Source: Clostridiaceae bacterium
GTDB lineage: Bacteria > Bacillota > Clostridia > Oscillospirales > Butyricicoccaceae
Assembly: GCA_018383195.1 (NCBI GenBank)
Contig: JAGZOP010000001.1
Coordinates: forward strand, 131,153-195,152
Direction of reading: 5' to 3'
DNA: 64,000 nt
Below are positions 48,934 through 61,087 of the stretch, piece by piece. How positions within the stretch are numbered: position 1 is the stretch's first letter; each line of letters opens with the position of its first letter. A program made the position numbers and the translations under genes. Below the pieces are notes generated by a model. It saw nothing but the letters and a program-made list of their open reading frames with translations, searched no databases and was not told the origin of the DNA.

Positions 48934-50129
48934 GGCAATCCATGTATGATTTTTTGCAAATGAGTCTGGCAGGCAGCGGGATGGTCCTGACCACCGCACT
49001 GCTGCGGCGTATCTTGGGCAACCGGCTTCCCCGTGCGGCATATCTGTTGCTGTGGGGCTGCACCATGATACGGATGCTGGTGCCCAACGCTTTCGCATCA
49101 CCATGGAGCATTTTCGGCAGTCTCCCCGCACCGGAACCGTCCGTAATTTTGATGACAGGAGCGGTTCCTTCGGCATCCCCCTCTGCCGTTTCGGTTTTCC
49201 CTGCGGTCTGGCTGTGCGGCATGCTCCTATGTACGCTCAGGTTCCTGTTTCGGGAAATCCACGCACGGAATGCGCTGCGTCATGCACAGCCTGTGGACAG
49301 TCCCATGGCGCACATGCTTCTCACGCAGTCCGGCATCCGACGGCGTGTGCGCATCCGCACCCATAAAAATGTACGCAGTCCCCTGACCTATGGCGTGCTG
49401 CGCCCGGTCATCGTGCTGCCGGAGGTAGAAATGGCGGATGCCTCCCTGCGCTTTGCGCTGCTGCACGAGCTGTGCCACATCAGGCGGTGCGACTGCCTGT
49501 GGAAGCACCTTGCGGCACTGGCCGCCTGCGTCCACTGGTTCAATCCCTGTGCATGGCTGCTGCTCACGCTGCTCGACCGTGATTTGGAGATTTCCTGCGA
49601 TATGCAGGTGCTGCGCCGGTGTACTGGTGACCACCGCGCAGAATACGCCCATATCCTGCTTGATTTTGCAGCACAGGCACTCTCCTCTGCCCCTTTGGCA
49701 AACCATCTCAGTCAAACTCCTCTGGAAGAAAGGATTCAAATGATGATGACAACCCGTAAAACTTCGATTGCCGGAATCGCGCTGGCAACCGCCCTTGTAC
49801 TGGGCACTACTTCGGCATTTGCCGCCTCCCCCAAGGAAGACGCTGCATCTCTTGCAGCAAAATGCACTTCTTCGGTCGCTTTGGATGGAGATGCCATCCC
49901 GGAAAGTGAAGGTATAGAAGCAACGTATTCCGTAACGACCTCTGAGTCGCTCGACGCTTCCTCGGATGACATCCTCGTAAATATGAAGAGCGAAGACGGG
50001 CAGGAAATCTGCCTGTCGCCCAAAGACGGCGTATTGCAGGACGACGGCTCCTATCTCTACACCCTGCCGGACGGCAGCGAATGCCATGTCTATCTGGCGG
50101 ACGTTACCACTCCTGCCGAAAGTAAATAA
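48930..50129 (+). CDS. BlaR1-family M56 zinc-peptidase signal transducer with an uncharacterised C-terminal extracellular domain
   Basis: 399 aa. It has 4 TM helices and the M56 motif LLHELCHIRRCD. After a further TM helix the C-terminal ~140 aa domain (AASPKEDAASLAAK...DGSECHVYLADVTTPAESK) is not a PBP/transpeptidase sensor. Its start overlaps the blaI-like stop by 4 nt. Confidence 0.8.
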   Translation: MRQSMYDFLQMSLAGSGMVLTTALLRRILGNRLPRAAYLLLWGCTMIRMLVPNAFASPWSIFGSLPAPEPSVILMTGAVPSASPSAVSVFPAVWLCGMLLCTLRFLFREIHARNALRHAQPVDSPMAHMLLTQSGIRRRVRIRTHKNVRSPLTYGVLRPVIVLPEVEMADASLRFALLHELCHIRRCDCLWKHLAALAACVHWFNPCAWLLLTLLDRDLEISCDMQVLRRCTGDHRAEYAHILLDFAAQALSSAPLANHLSQTPLEERIQMMMTTRKTSIAGIALATALVLGTTSAFAASPKEDAASLAAKCTSSVALDGDAIPESEGIEATYSVTTSESLDASSDDILVNMKSEDGQEICLSPKDGVLQDDGSYLYTLPDGSECHVYLADVTTPAESK

Positions 50130-50130
50130 C

Positions 50131-50166
50131 CTCCCTCCCCCGCTTCGGCGGGGGATTTTTTTATAA
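50131..50166. terminator. Bidirectional terminator between the blaR1-like gene and spo0A
   Basis: The sequence CCCCCGCTTCGGCGGGGGATTTTTTTAT forms a stem followed by a U-tract. Confidence 0.8.
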
Positions 50167-50208
50167 AAAAATTCCCCCGGCGCTGCCGCACCGGAGGAAC
50201 CGTTCCAA

Positions 50209-50991
50209 TTAGCCGAACTTCATTTCAAGACGCAGGCGATCCGCGATCATAGAGATAAACTCCGAGTTCGTCGGCTTGCCTTTGAGTCCGGATACCGTGT
50301 ATCCGAAATATGCCTGCAAGGTTTCGAGATCCCCACGATCCCATGCGACCTCAATCGCATGACGGATGGCGCGCTCGACGCGGGACGATGTGGTCTTGAA
50401 GTGCTTTGCAATCGCCGGATACAGGATTTTGGTGATCGCGCCCACCGCCTCCATATCCTTCACCGCCATCATAATCGCCTCGCGCAGATACTGGTATCCC
50501 TTAATATGCGCCGGAACACCAACCTGATGAATCACATCCGTCACACGCATTTCGAGCGAAACATCATCATGGACCGCCGCCGCATTGCCGCGGTTCAGTG
50601 ACCCGCGTGTCAGCCTCCACTGCATCATGCGCGTAATCAGCGCACTGATATCCAGCGGCTTGCGCATAAAATAACTGACGCCGAGTTTGGTGCAGTCTGT
50701 TGCCGCTTCCGCGCCGCCAAATGCCGATAATACGAACACGCCGATTCGTTTCCCGCGCTCACTGAGCTGCTGAATCACGCTCAACCCGTCAATTTCCGGC
50801 AGCAGCAGGTCAATTAACAGCAGGTCCACCGGAACTTCCTCTACGGTCTGCAAGGTTTCCTTACCGGTCGAAGTGACGCCGACAACCTCAATGTTCTCAT
50901 TCTGTGCCAGCGTTTCTCCCAATAGGCTGCAAAATTCCTTATCGCTGTCTGCGAGCAGTACTCGAATTTTCTGATCCATGATGTCAAACAC
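50209..50991 (-). CDS. spo0A: Stage 0 sporulation protein A (Spo0A), sporulation master response regulator
   Basis: It has a receiver domain (LLADSD...[10 protein letters not shown]) and the Spo0A-specific C-terminal domain with [15 protein letters not shown] and [15 protein letters not shown]...KPTNSEFI. Confidence 0.95.
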   Translation of the reverse strand: MFDIMDQKIRVLLADSDKEFCSLLGETLAQNENIEVVGVTSTGKETLQTVEEVPVDLLLIDLLLPEIDGLSVIQQLSERGKRIGVFVLSAFGGAEAATDCTKLGVSYFMRKPLDISALITRMMQWRLTRGSLNRGNAAAVHDDVSLEMRVTDVIHQVGVPAHIKGYQYLREAIMMAVKDMEAVGAITKILYPAIAKHFKTTSSRVERAIRHAIEVAWDRGDLETLQAYFGYTVSGLKGKPTNSEFISMIADRLRLEMKFG

Positions 50992-51097
50992 CTTCCATTA
51001 ACTCTTGATTTCGTTTCGCAACTTACCTAATTTTACCATATAATCGCGGAAATAACAAGGCTCTTGGAAAAATTTCTCAATCTTTCCTGAGACATAA

Positions 51098-51104
51098 TTC
51101 GACA
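51098..51104 (-). promoter_or_regulatory. Candidate 0A box (TGTCGAA on the minus strand) in the spo0A promoter region
   Basis: The plus strand reads TTCGACA at 51098-51104, about 110 nt upstream of the spo0A start and in the orientation of the gene. This matches the Spo0A-binding consensus TGTCGAA. Confidence 0.45.
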
Positions 51105-51159
51105 CCCTCCCGCACATCATACCACGAAATCAAACGTTCGGCAATAGAATGATTGAAAT

Positions 51160-52191
51160 TTATTGGTTTTTCTGCATTTCTGTGATCATTTTCCCAATCT
51201 GTACAGCATACCCGCGCGACGGGTCGTTTATTAGGACATGGGTTACTGCGCCTACAATTTTTCCATTCTGCAATACCGGCGAACCGCTCATGCCCTGCAC
51301 AATGCCGCCGGTAAGCCGGAGCAGTTCCGGGTCTGTAATCCGGATGGTCATGCAGCGGTCGTACTCTCCGCCTTCGCCGTAAATTTTGGTGATCTCACAA
51401 CGGTATTCCCGGACTGTTTCCCCGTCCACGTTGGACAAAATCACCGCTTCACCGGTTTTGATTTCCCCTGCCTGCGCGACAGGCACGCACGCCTTGCCCG
51501 CATAGTAGCTGTTATCAGTCAGCACGCCAAAGATTCCGGTCAGGGTATTATCCTCAATCGACCCCATATCCTGCTGCAAATTGAAATCCCCTTGCAGCGA
51601 GCCCGGCGTGCCGGACACGCCCTTGACTACGCCGCTGACCGAGGATTCCATAAGATTGCCGTCTTTCAGCGGCACAAGCACACCGGTTTCCCCGTCGCAA
51701 ATTCCGTGCCCCAATGAACCATACTGTCCGGTTTCGGGATCGACATAGGTGATTGTGCCGATGCCTGCCACGCTGTCGCGCACGGTGACGCCCAAACGAT
51801 ACACACCCGTCCGATCCTGCACCGCGGCGCAGGTCAGCGTCAGCGTCTTTCCATCCCGCTTGACGCCAAGCTCTATCGGCTGTCCGGCAGACAGCGCGAC
51901 CTTTTTTTGCAATGCCTGCCCGCTGTCAATTTTGTCTCCGGATACTGTCAGCAGGATGTCGCCTTGCCGCAGCCCCGCCTGTTTTGCCGGAGAAACCTCT
52001 CCCACTGCGGTCATGACCGGTTCGACGGATTCTACTACCAGCCCGTCTGTCTGCATCCGAATGCCCGCCGTACGCCCAATCGGGATGACTTCGGTCAGCG
52101 CAGCCGCTGCACCGCCCGTGAGCGACAATGCAACCGCAGCTGCTGCCAGCCATGCTGTCCATTTTGTCCTAAATTTTTGCAATGCATTCAC
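51160..52191 (-). CDS. spoIVB: Stage IV sporulation protein B (SpoIVB, S55 signalling serine peptidase)
   Basis: 343 aa. It has a signal anchor, a PDZ domain, and the S55 domain with catalytic-Ser motif GGIVQGMSGSPV. The spoIVB-spo0A adjacency is conserved in Bacilli and Clostridia. Confidence 0.9.
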   Translation of the reverse strand: MNALQKFRTKWTAWLAAAAVALSLTGGAAAALTEVIPIGRTAGIRMQTDGLVVESVEPVMTAVGEVSPAKQAGLRQGDILLTVSGDKIDSGQALQKKVALSAGQPIELGVKRDGKTLTLTCAAVQDRTGVYRLGVTVRDSVAGIGTITYVDPETGQYGSLGHGICDGETGVLVPLKDGNLMESSVSGVVKGVSGTPGSLQGDFNLQQDMGSIEDNTLTGIFGVLTDNSYYAGKACVPVAQAGEIKTGEAVILSNVDGETVREYRCEITKIYGEGGEYDRCMTIRITDPELLRLTGGIVQGMSGSPVLQNGKIVGAVTHVLINDPSRGYAVQIGKMITEMQKNQ

Positions 52192-52383
52192 CTCCCACGT
52201 TTACTATGCCACAGCGGGTGCGAAAAAACATCTGTGATTGTTTGCCCGCTCGTTTAACATTTGGCGGGATATCTCGAAATGCGTCTGTGCAGACACAATT
52301 TGTATTTCGTCTCTGTACTTTTATTTTCATACGGACTATGGTATACTGAGTGCAGAAACTTACAGATTTTTCAGGAGGCTGCC

Positions 52384-52728
52384 ATGAAAGTTGCCGTTGT
52401 TGGGTCGCGCAGTGTGAGCGATATCCATTACGATACCCTGTGCAGAACGCTGCCAATCGGCGTGAGCACGATTATCTCGGGCGGTGCAAAGGGCGCGGAC
52501 GCGCTCGCCAAACGGTACGCGATGGAAAACGGTCTGTTTTATGAAGAATATCTCCCAGACTATGAACAGTATGGCCGTGGCGCCCCTATGCAGAGGAATC
52601 GGGAAATTGTGGACCGTGCCGATTATGTCATCGTCATGTGGGATGGTCAGTCGCGCGGCGCGTCCTATGTCATGAAATATTGCATCGACAGCGGCACGCC
52701 GGTACGTGTTTTGATTTGTCACGATTAA
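52384..52728 (+). CDS. DprA-like Rossmann (SLOG-family, DUF2493-type) mini-protein
   Basis: 114 aa from MKVAVVGSRSV...IISGGAKGADALAKRYA, which is the DprA/Smf-type nucleotide-binding core without flanking domains. The start follows AGGAGG, and a terminator follows the gene. Confidence 0.6.
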   Translation: MKVAVVGSRSVSDIHYDTLCRTLPIGVSTIISGGAKGADALAKRYAMENGLFYEEYLPDYEQYGRGAPMQRNREIVDRADYVIVMWDGQSRGASYVMKYCIDSGTPVRVLICHD

Positions 52729-52771
52729 ACGCATTTTAGTTTTGCAGTCTTGTCCTGCTTTTATGCAACAG

Positions 52772-52805
52772 AAAATGTCCGGCTTGCAAGCCGGACATTT
52801 TTTGT
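52772..52805. terminator. Bidirectional terminator between the DprA-like gene and glgP
   Basis: The sequence AAAATGTCCGGCTTGCAAGCCGGACATTTTTTG forms a stem with flanking A/T tracts. Confidence 0.85.
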
Positions 52806-55166
<2,361 letters not shown>

Positions 55167-55676
55167 GATACGTCTTCCTCTCTATCCTTGATCGATCCCC
55201 GTCGCCGGGGAGCAGGGTTCTCTGATTTTCTCCGCCGGGCGGAACGTTGTTTGAAAAAAGCAGCAAATCCAATTTGTCGCTTTCCATCCAAGTGTCTGTA
55301 CATAGAATAGCATATTGCATGCAATTTTGCAAGTCTTTCCGAAATTTTTTCGACACATTGTACAAATCTAAGTTTTGCAATGTACAAAATCACCGAATCG
55401 AATCCACCAAAAACGCATATCCTGTACAATTCCCTATCTTTTTTGTATCCACCAAACGCTGTAATAAACCCACTTTTCACCCTCCATTTTACGCCATTTT
55501 TCCGCAGGAATTTAAAATGATATTCAGCCCGCCCGAAAGCCTCCTGCCCACTATCCTACGCCGCATCCCACGCTGATATACGCTTTCTCTGCGTCCTGCA
55601 TGAATTTTGAAAATTTCAAAAAAAGCGCAAAAAATCCCGGTATGACCGAAGCCACATCGGGATTTTTTCTATCAAC

Positions 55677-57035
55677 TTAACCGAATACCTTTGCAGCACA
55701 TTCGCGGCACAGGTCGGTCCATCTGCGGAAGTCCTGCGGGTCCTGAATCGTGTGAGTATCTTTGAGGATGATCTCGAACGCAGTCCCCTTGCCCGCCTGC
55801 ATCAGGCGCATGGTGTCCTTTCGCATCAGGTCCTCATCCCAGCCGCCAGTGATATAGGACGGATTGGGCTTGCAGGAGAAGATTGCCTTCATGCCGATCT
55901 GATCGCGCATGGATTCAACATCTGCCCACGGAGAAACCGAAATACGGCGAATATTGTCGATCTTCAGAATATCCGGTACCTTCTTCTCGAGGTTGTCGCA
56001 GCAGCCGTATGCGGACAGTCCAAACTTCTCGAGCAGGCGCTTTTCATAGTCAATCGCAAATTCCTTGGTCATTTCCGGAGAAACCGAAATGAACTCCTGC
56101 GATTCTGCATATGCCCACAGATTCTTAAAGGTCAGCTTTTCGCCGGGTGCGGGCGCCTTGATGTCGTTCGTATAACCGAAACCGCCGGTGCCATTGTACT
56201 GGCAGCCATTATTCATGGACAGCAGACCCATGTCAAGCTGCTGCTGGTACAGGTCCAGATATCCCTTTTCCAAAACAGCGAGAATCTTGTGCATCTGCTC
56301 CGGATAGTCATACAGATCATACAGTGCGTTTTCATAACCGCGAATCTTGGTATAAGTCTCCATCCAGGAGAATGCAATATAGGTATTGCCGGTCCACTGC
56401 ACATCCAGAATGTCGCCGAGCAGCTCCTGATGGATATCGAACATGCGCTTCGAAGCCTCTTCATCATAGATGACCTTGGGCGCAATCAGGCGGCTTGCGA
56501 TATCCTCATCTTCCATATCATCATCGCTGATAAGCGGCTCAAACTCCGCAGCGGTTTCGTCGAAATTGTAACCCGGACGCCAGAACGGGTTGATAGTCGA
56601 AATGGTCGGCACATGGACCGATTCGTTGGTGAATGCATTGTGTGCCTTCTGGCCCTCTACGCTCCAACCGGTATCGGAAATAATCTTACGGCAGTCCCAG
56701 CGCATCTCAGCCGGAACATCGTCGTTAATCACCTCTGCACGGAAAATGCGGGCGCGCAGCGTCCATTCAATCTCACGCAGGAGCGGGTCTTCGCAGATCA
56801 GCGTATCCGCGGGTACATTGTGGCGCCATGCGCCCTCGGGCGAACAATCGATGACCGGCTGATCGGTCTTGAGGTCGTTGTGCGCATACCAGAGCTTGCG
56901 GCGCTCCTCCATAATCGGCTGATTTGCGAGATCTGCCAGCTTCTTTGCCAAATCGCGGATGACCTGCCGTTCATTCTCTTTCATCATTTGAAATTCCTCC
57001 TGTTTCCCGTCCGTTGCGGTACGTTCTTTCTCCAT
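55677..57035 (-). CDS. Hypothetical cytoplasmic protein (452 aa), function unassigned
   Basis: It is a large soluble protein with no motif I can name. It is divergently transcribed from the AraC regulator and followed by a bidirectional terminator. Confidence 0.4.
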   Translation of the reverse strand: MEKERTATDGKQEEFQMMKENERQVIRDLAKKLADLANQPIMEERRKLWYAHNDLKTDQPVIDCSPEGAWRHNVPADTLICEDPLLREIEWTLRARIFRAEVINDDVPAEMRWDCRKIISDTGWSVEGQKAHNAFTNESVHVPTISTINPFWRPGYNFDETAAEFEPLISDDDMEDEDIASRLIAPKVIYDEEASKRMFDIHQELLGDILDVQWTGNTYIAFSWMETYTKIRGYENALYDLYDYPEQMHKILAVLEKGYLDLYQQQLDMGLLSMNNGCQYNGTGGFGYTNDIKAPAPGEKLTFKNLWAYAESQEFISVSPEMTKEFAIDYEKRLLEKFGLSAYGCCDNLEKKVPDILKIDNIRRISVSPWADVESMRDQIGMKAIFSCKPNPSYITGGWDEDLMRKDTMRLMQAGKGTAFEIILKDTHTIQDPQDFRRWTDLCRECAAKVFG

Positions 57036-57381
57036 CGGATCTTAACTTTCATCGGGAAGCGGCGCTGTCTCCTTGCCGCTTGCTGTTCTGTTTGTGTCTA
57101 TACTGTAACACCGTTCTCTGGTTGGGCGCTAGAAGAAAAACACTCAAAACTAGCACAAAACGAACCTATGCATCCCTTTTCAAGAAAAGCGCACAAAATT
57201 CCTACAACATTTCTGTGCATCCTGTATAAGTCCATCATTTCCAAGCCATTGAAATCGAAAAAAAGCATAAAACATGCCATAACAAATTTTATTTCCCCTT
57301 CTTGTCAGCCGCAATGTGATTTGCTATGATAGAAATATACAAATTCGCACAAAACACATCGTCCCATTGGGAGGGAGCGCC

Positions 57382-58359
57382 ATGCCGTCTGACAAACCGC
57401 TTTATCTGGATATGGAAACCGAGAAATTCGACGCATCCGGCATTGCAATCGACCTGTACGGTTCGCTCGATGAAGTCCCAAACCGCACCAGCCGGTACAC
57501 CGAACCCACCCATCAGCACAACTATTATGAGTTGTTTCTGATTCTCAAGGGCGCCTGTCAGCACATCTACCGCGGCAGCGAAAGCACGATGATTCGCGGC
57601 GATATTGTCCTCATTCCGCCGGGCACCCCGCACGCCTACCGGTTTCAGGACACCATCTCACTCGCCACCCTGCAATTTCATAATGAACTGATGGATTCCG
57701 AATGGGAAACCCTGCTGCAAAACATGGACTACCGGACCTTACAAAGCCGGATGCGCACCGGTTCGCGTGTGGAATCCATCGACATGCTCAAAAACGACGA
57801 ACCAGAGCCAATTCCGACCACGCACGCCTCTGACCTCAACAGCCAGGGAATTATCCGCCTGCGGCAAAACGAGTGCAGTCTAGTCGAGGACTATATGCGC
57901 CAGATGCTCACCGAGCAGATCGAGCGTCGGTATGGTTATACCCGCATGAAGCGCACCCTGCTCGAACAAATCATGGTGGTCATCGGGCGTGTGCAGATGC
58001 GGCAATTCGACAATGCCGGCAAAACCGCTTCGTGGAAAGAAGAAATGATGGAGCAGGTTCTCTCCCGCATTGACGATAATCCGGCAGAACCCTTTGATTT
58101 TGAGCAGATTGCAGCCGATTGGCACATCACGCACACCTATTTTCGCCGGGTATTCAAAAACGCAACCGGACTTGCGCCGGTGGAGTATCTAGGCCGCACG
58201 CGCGTACTGCGCGCGCTCGAACTGATTCAAGTGACCGATATTCCAGTCGCAGAGGCAGCTGCACAGGTCGGTATCTATGACGCAAACTATTTTTCGCGGC
58301 TTTTTAAGAAATACCTCGGCTATGCTCCCCGGTATTTTAAGCACATCGCTGCGCAGTGA
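57382..58359 (+). CDS. AraC-family transcriptional regulator (cupin sensor plus AraC HTH)
   Basis: It has an N-terminal cupin-like domain (HNYYELFLILKGACQHIY...LIPPGTPHAY) and a C-terminal AraC HTH (HITHTYFRRVFKNATGLAPVEYLGRTRVLRALEL...ANYFSRLFKKYLGYAP). The start follows GGGAGGGAG. Confidence 0.8.
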   Translation: MPSDKPLYLDMETEKFDASGIAIDLYGSLDEVPNRTSRYTEPTHQHNYYELFLILKGACQHIYRGSESTMIRGDIVLIPPGTPHAYRFQDTISLATLQFHNELMDSEWETLLQNMDYRTLQSRMRTGSRVESIDMLKNDEPEPIPTTHASDLNSQGIIRLRQNECSLVEDYMRQMLTEQIERRYGYTRMKRTLLEQIMVVIGRVQMRQFDNAGKTASWKEEMMEQVLSRIDDNPAEPFDFEQIAADWHITHTYFRRVFKNATGLAPVEYLGRTRVLRALELIQVTDIPVAEAAAQVGIYDANYFSRLFKKYLGYAPRYFKHIAAQ

Positions 58360-58373
58360 CCGGAGGCTTTTGA

Positions 58374-60125
58374 ATGGAAGAAAAAAACACCCTTTCTTTC
58401 CGCGCACGGCTTCTGCTCGGAATTCTGGCGGTTGCCTTTGTGAGCCTTGCGATTTTTTTCGCCGGAAGTGCGGTCTTTGCCGTACGTATGGCAGAAAAAA
58501 ACTATGCACGCACCGTGACCGACCCAATGACCTCGCAGGCTGCCCGCTTTGACGATGCCATGCGGGATGCGTACCGCATGGCGGTGCGCGCTGCGAACGA
58601 CCCCGTACTGCTGCGGCAGACCGCCGCCTATCTCGCACTGGATACCCCCGATGCACTCGATGCACTCCAAATTTATGACCGACTGCTTGCTTTACGCAGC
58701 ATGACGCAGTCAGCAGACGGTTTGGCGCTCTATCTGCCTGCAAAGCAGCAGATGGTGACCTCCAGCGAATACCGTATGGTCACCGATCTGTCCCCAGATG
58801 CCGCGCCCTCTTGGGTATCCGCTCCGCAGCCGAACGACCTCGCGCCCCATGTATATTGGGATGATGCCGGCAGCGTTCCCCGCTGCCAATTTGGTTATTT
58901 TCAGGATATCACCGATGAAACCGGCGCGGTACTCGCACGCGTATGTGTTCATGTAGATGAACGCGCACTGTATTACGGCCTGTTCGAACAATCTGCTTCC
59001 GGAACGGACACCGCTGTCTATCTGCTTGCGGCAGACGGCACTGTGGTTTCCTCGGATTCTTCGGATGAGCATGGACACTCTTTCCGCGAACTAACCGGTC
59101 TTGCGCTTCCGAAAGACACGCGCACCGCATTCGGCTCAACCGGACGGCGTCTGTTCGCGCTGGTTCAAAGCAACTTCAGCGGTTTCTCCGTCCTTCAGCT
59201 CACCGGACGCGCTTCACTCGCCAGTGAACTCGGCAGCATGGCGCTGCTGCTTGTACTGCTGCTCACCGGTGTCTGTATGGCAGCCGCATTGTTTGCGCGC
59301 ACGCTGTCCGATTGGCTTTACCGTCCGCTCGGCGCACTGGTCGATGCGATGGCACGTGCCGGACAGGGCGATATGCGCGCACGCGCACCCGGCGGCGATG
59401 ACGAATTCGGCGCACTCGGTGACCGCTTCAACCAGATGATGGAGGAAATTGACGGATTGCTCGATGATTTGGTCGATGCGCGTGTAGAAAAGCGGCAGGC
59501 AGAAATTGAAGCGCTGCAGCAGCAAATCAAGCCGCATTTTATGTATAACACGCTCAATACCATCAAATTTGCAGCGCTCTTGCAAGGCAATGAGGAAATC
59601 GGCAGCCTGCTCGGTTCTTTCATTGAACTGCTCGAAGCCAGCATCAGTAAAAAAGGCGCGTTTATTCCCCTTGCGGACGAAATCCGTTTGGTTGAAGATT
59701 ACGCTGCCCTGCAAAAGTATCGCTATATGGATAGTTTCACACTCACCTGCGCGATTTCCCCTGAAACGGCAGACTGTCAGGTTCCGCGCCTGCTTTTGCA
59801 GCCGTTTGTCGAAAATGCAATCCTGCACGGCATCATCCCGCGCCGCACAGACAACCAAATTACGGTGGAAGGACATGTAGAGCATGATATGCTGCATCTG
59901 CTTGTTGCCGATAACGGCAAGGGCATGAACGAAGAAGAATGCCGCATCCTGCTTGAAAGCGACCCCGATGACAACCGCCGTTTCACCGGCATCGGCATGC
60001 GCAACGTGCGCGAACGCCTGCGGCTGTACTATGGCGATGGCGCATCGTTCTCTATCCATACAGCGCCCGGTGAGGGCACCTGCATCTCACTGGTTCTGCC
60101 GATGAAACCCGAGGAAACGCTATGA
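58374..60125 (+). CDS. Sensor histidine kinase, YesM/LytS-like (TM, extracellular sensor, HAMP, His_kinase, HATPase)
   Basis: 583 aa. It has 2 TM helices flanking a periplasmic domain, and the motifs KPHFMYNTLNTI and GIGMRNVRERL. Confidence 0.85.
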   Translation: MEEKNTLSFRARLLLGILAVAFVSLAIFFAGSAVFAVRMAEKNYARTVTDPMTSQAARFDDAMRDAYRMAVRAANDPVLLRQTAAYLALDTPDALDALQIYDRLLALRSMTQSADGLALYLPAKQQMVTSSEYRMVTDLSPDAAPSWVSAPQPNDLAPHVYWDDAGSVPRCQFGYFQDITDETGAVLARVCVHVDERALYYGLFEQSASGTDTAVYLLAADGTVVSSDSSDEHGHSFRELTGLALPKDTRTAFGSTGRRLFALVQSNFSGFSVLQLTGRASLASELGSMALLLVLLLTGVCMAAALFARTLSDWLYRPLGALVDAMARAGQGDMRARAPGGDDEFGALGDRFNQMMEEIDGLLDDLVDARVEKRQAEIEALQQQIKPHFMYNTLNTIKFAALLQGNEEIGSLLGSFIELLEASISKKGAFIPLADEIRLVEDYAALQKYRYMDSFTLTCAISPETADCQVPRLLLQPFVENAILHGIIPRRTDNQITVEGHVEHDMLHLLVADNGKGMNEEECRILLESDPDDNRRFTGIGMRNVRERLRLYYGDGASFSIHTAPGEGTCISLVLPMKPEETL

Positions 60126-61087
60126 AACACTTTCAAACCCGCGCAGCTGCCGCTGCGCTCTCACTTACAATGCTGTGTACCGGCTGCGCAGGTACCAGCT
60201 ACGAAACCGGAAACCCTGATTATACGGTCGGGGTGGTGCTCAAAACTCAAAGCAGCGAACATTGGCTGCGCATCCGCTCCGGCATGGAATATGCCGCCGC
60301 GCAGGAAAACATCGAACTGCTGCTCTCTTGGCCAACCGATGAGCTTGCCACCGAGGAGCAGCGGGATATGATTGCAGACATGCTGCGCTGCGACATCGAC
60401 GCGCTCGTGGTCGCGCCCTGCGATTCGTGGGACTGCGACTGGTTCCGCGCGGAGGCAGAACAAAAAGGGATTCTCGTATTCACTGCGGATACCGCAGCAC
60501 TCGACTGCGAGCTGCCCTATATTGGCTCGAATCCCGAAAAAATCGGCGATACTGCGGCAGACTATATGCAGCAAACGCTGCCTGCGGGCAGCAAGGTCGG
60601 CGTTGTCACCGGGTTCCGGCGGCAGCAATCCCTTGCAGCGCGCACCAATGCGTTCCGCACCGCCTTGCAGGAAGGAAATCAGCTCCAGCTCATCGGGGTC
60701 ACTGACGACTGTCTGACTTTCGCCTCCGCGCTTGAAGCTGCGCGTAGCATGCTCGCAGAGGGCGCAGATGCACTGTTCTGCACCAGCGCTGTGCTCGGTC
60801 TTGGCGCAGCAGCCGCTGCGCGGGAAATCCAGTCCGATGTGTGCATTGTCGCAGTCGATACGCAGGATGATGCGCTCAAAGCAGTGGAAACCGGTGCGTT
60901 TGATGCGCTCATCACCCAGTCCGGTGAGGAAATCGGTCAAAAAACCATTGAGACCGTTGCCGCTGCCCTGTGCGGTCAAACCCCTCCCGCGCAAACTTAC
61001 ATTTCGGGCGAACTCCTGACCGGAGACACCATTTCTGAATTTTTAGCCAGACAGAGAGAGGAAGATACATCTTGGCCGGTATCCTGA
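60122..61087 (+). CDS. Periplasmic-binding-protein type I (sugar-binding-like) lipoprotein, accessory to the two-component system
   Basis: 321 aa. It has a lipobox (LTMLCTGCAG) and a PBP1 fold (VGVVLKTQSSEHW...). Its start overlaps the histidine kinase stop by 4 nt and its 3' end overlaps the response regulator start. Confidence 0.7.
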   Translation: MKHFQTRAAAAALSLTMLCTGCAGTSYETGNPDYTVGVVLKTQSSEHWLRIRSGMEYAAAQENIELLLSWPTDELATEEQRDMIADMLRCDIDALVVAPCDSWDCDWFRAEAEQKGILVFTADTAALDCELPYIGSNPEKIGDTAADYMQQTLPAGSKVGVVTGFRRQQSLAARTNAFRTALQEGNQLQLIGVTDDCLTFASALEAARSMLAEGADALFCTSAVLGLGAAAAAREIQSDVCIVAVDTQDDALKAVETGAFDALITQSGEEIGQKTIETVAAALCGQTPPAQTYISGELLTGDTISEFLARQREEDTSWPVS

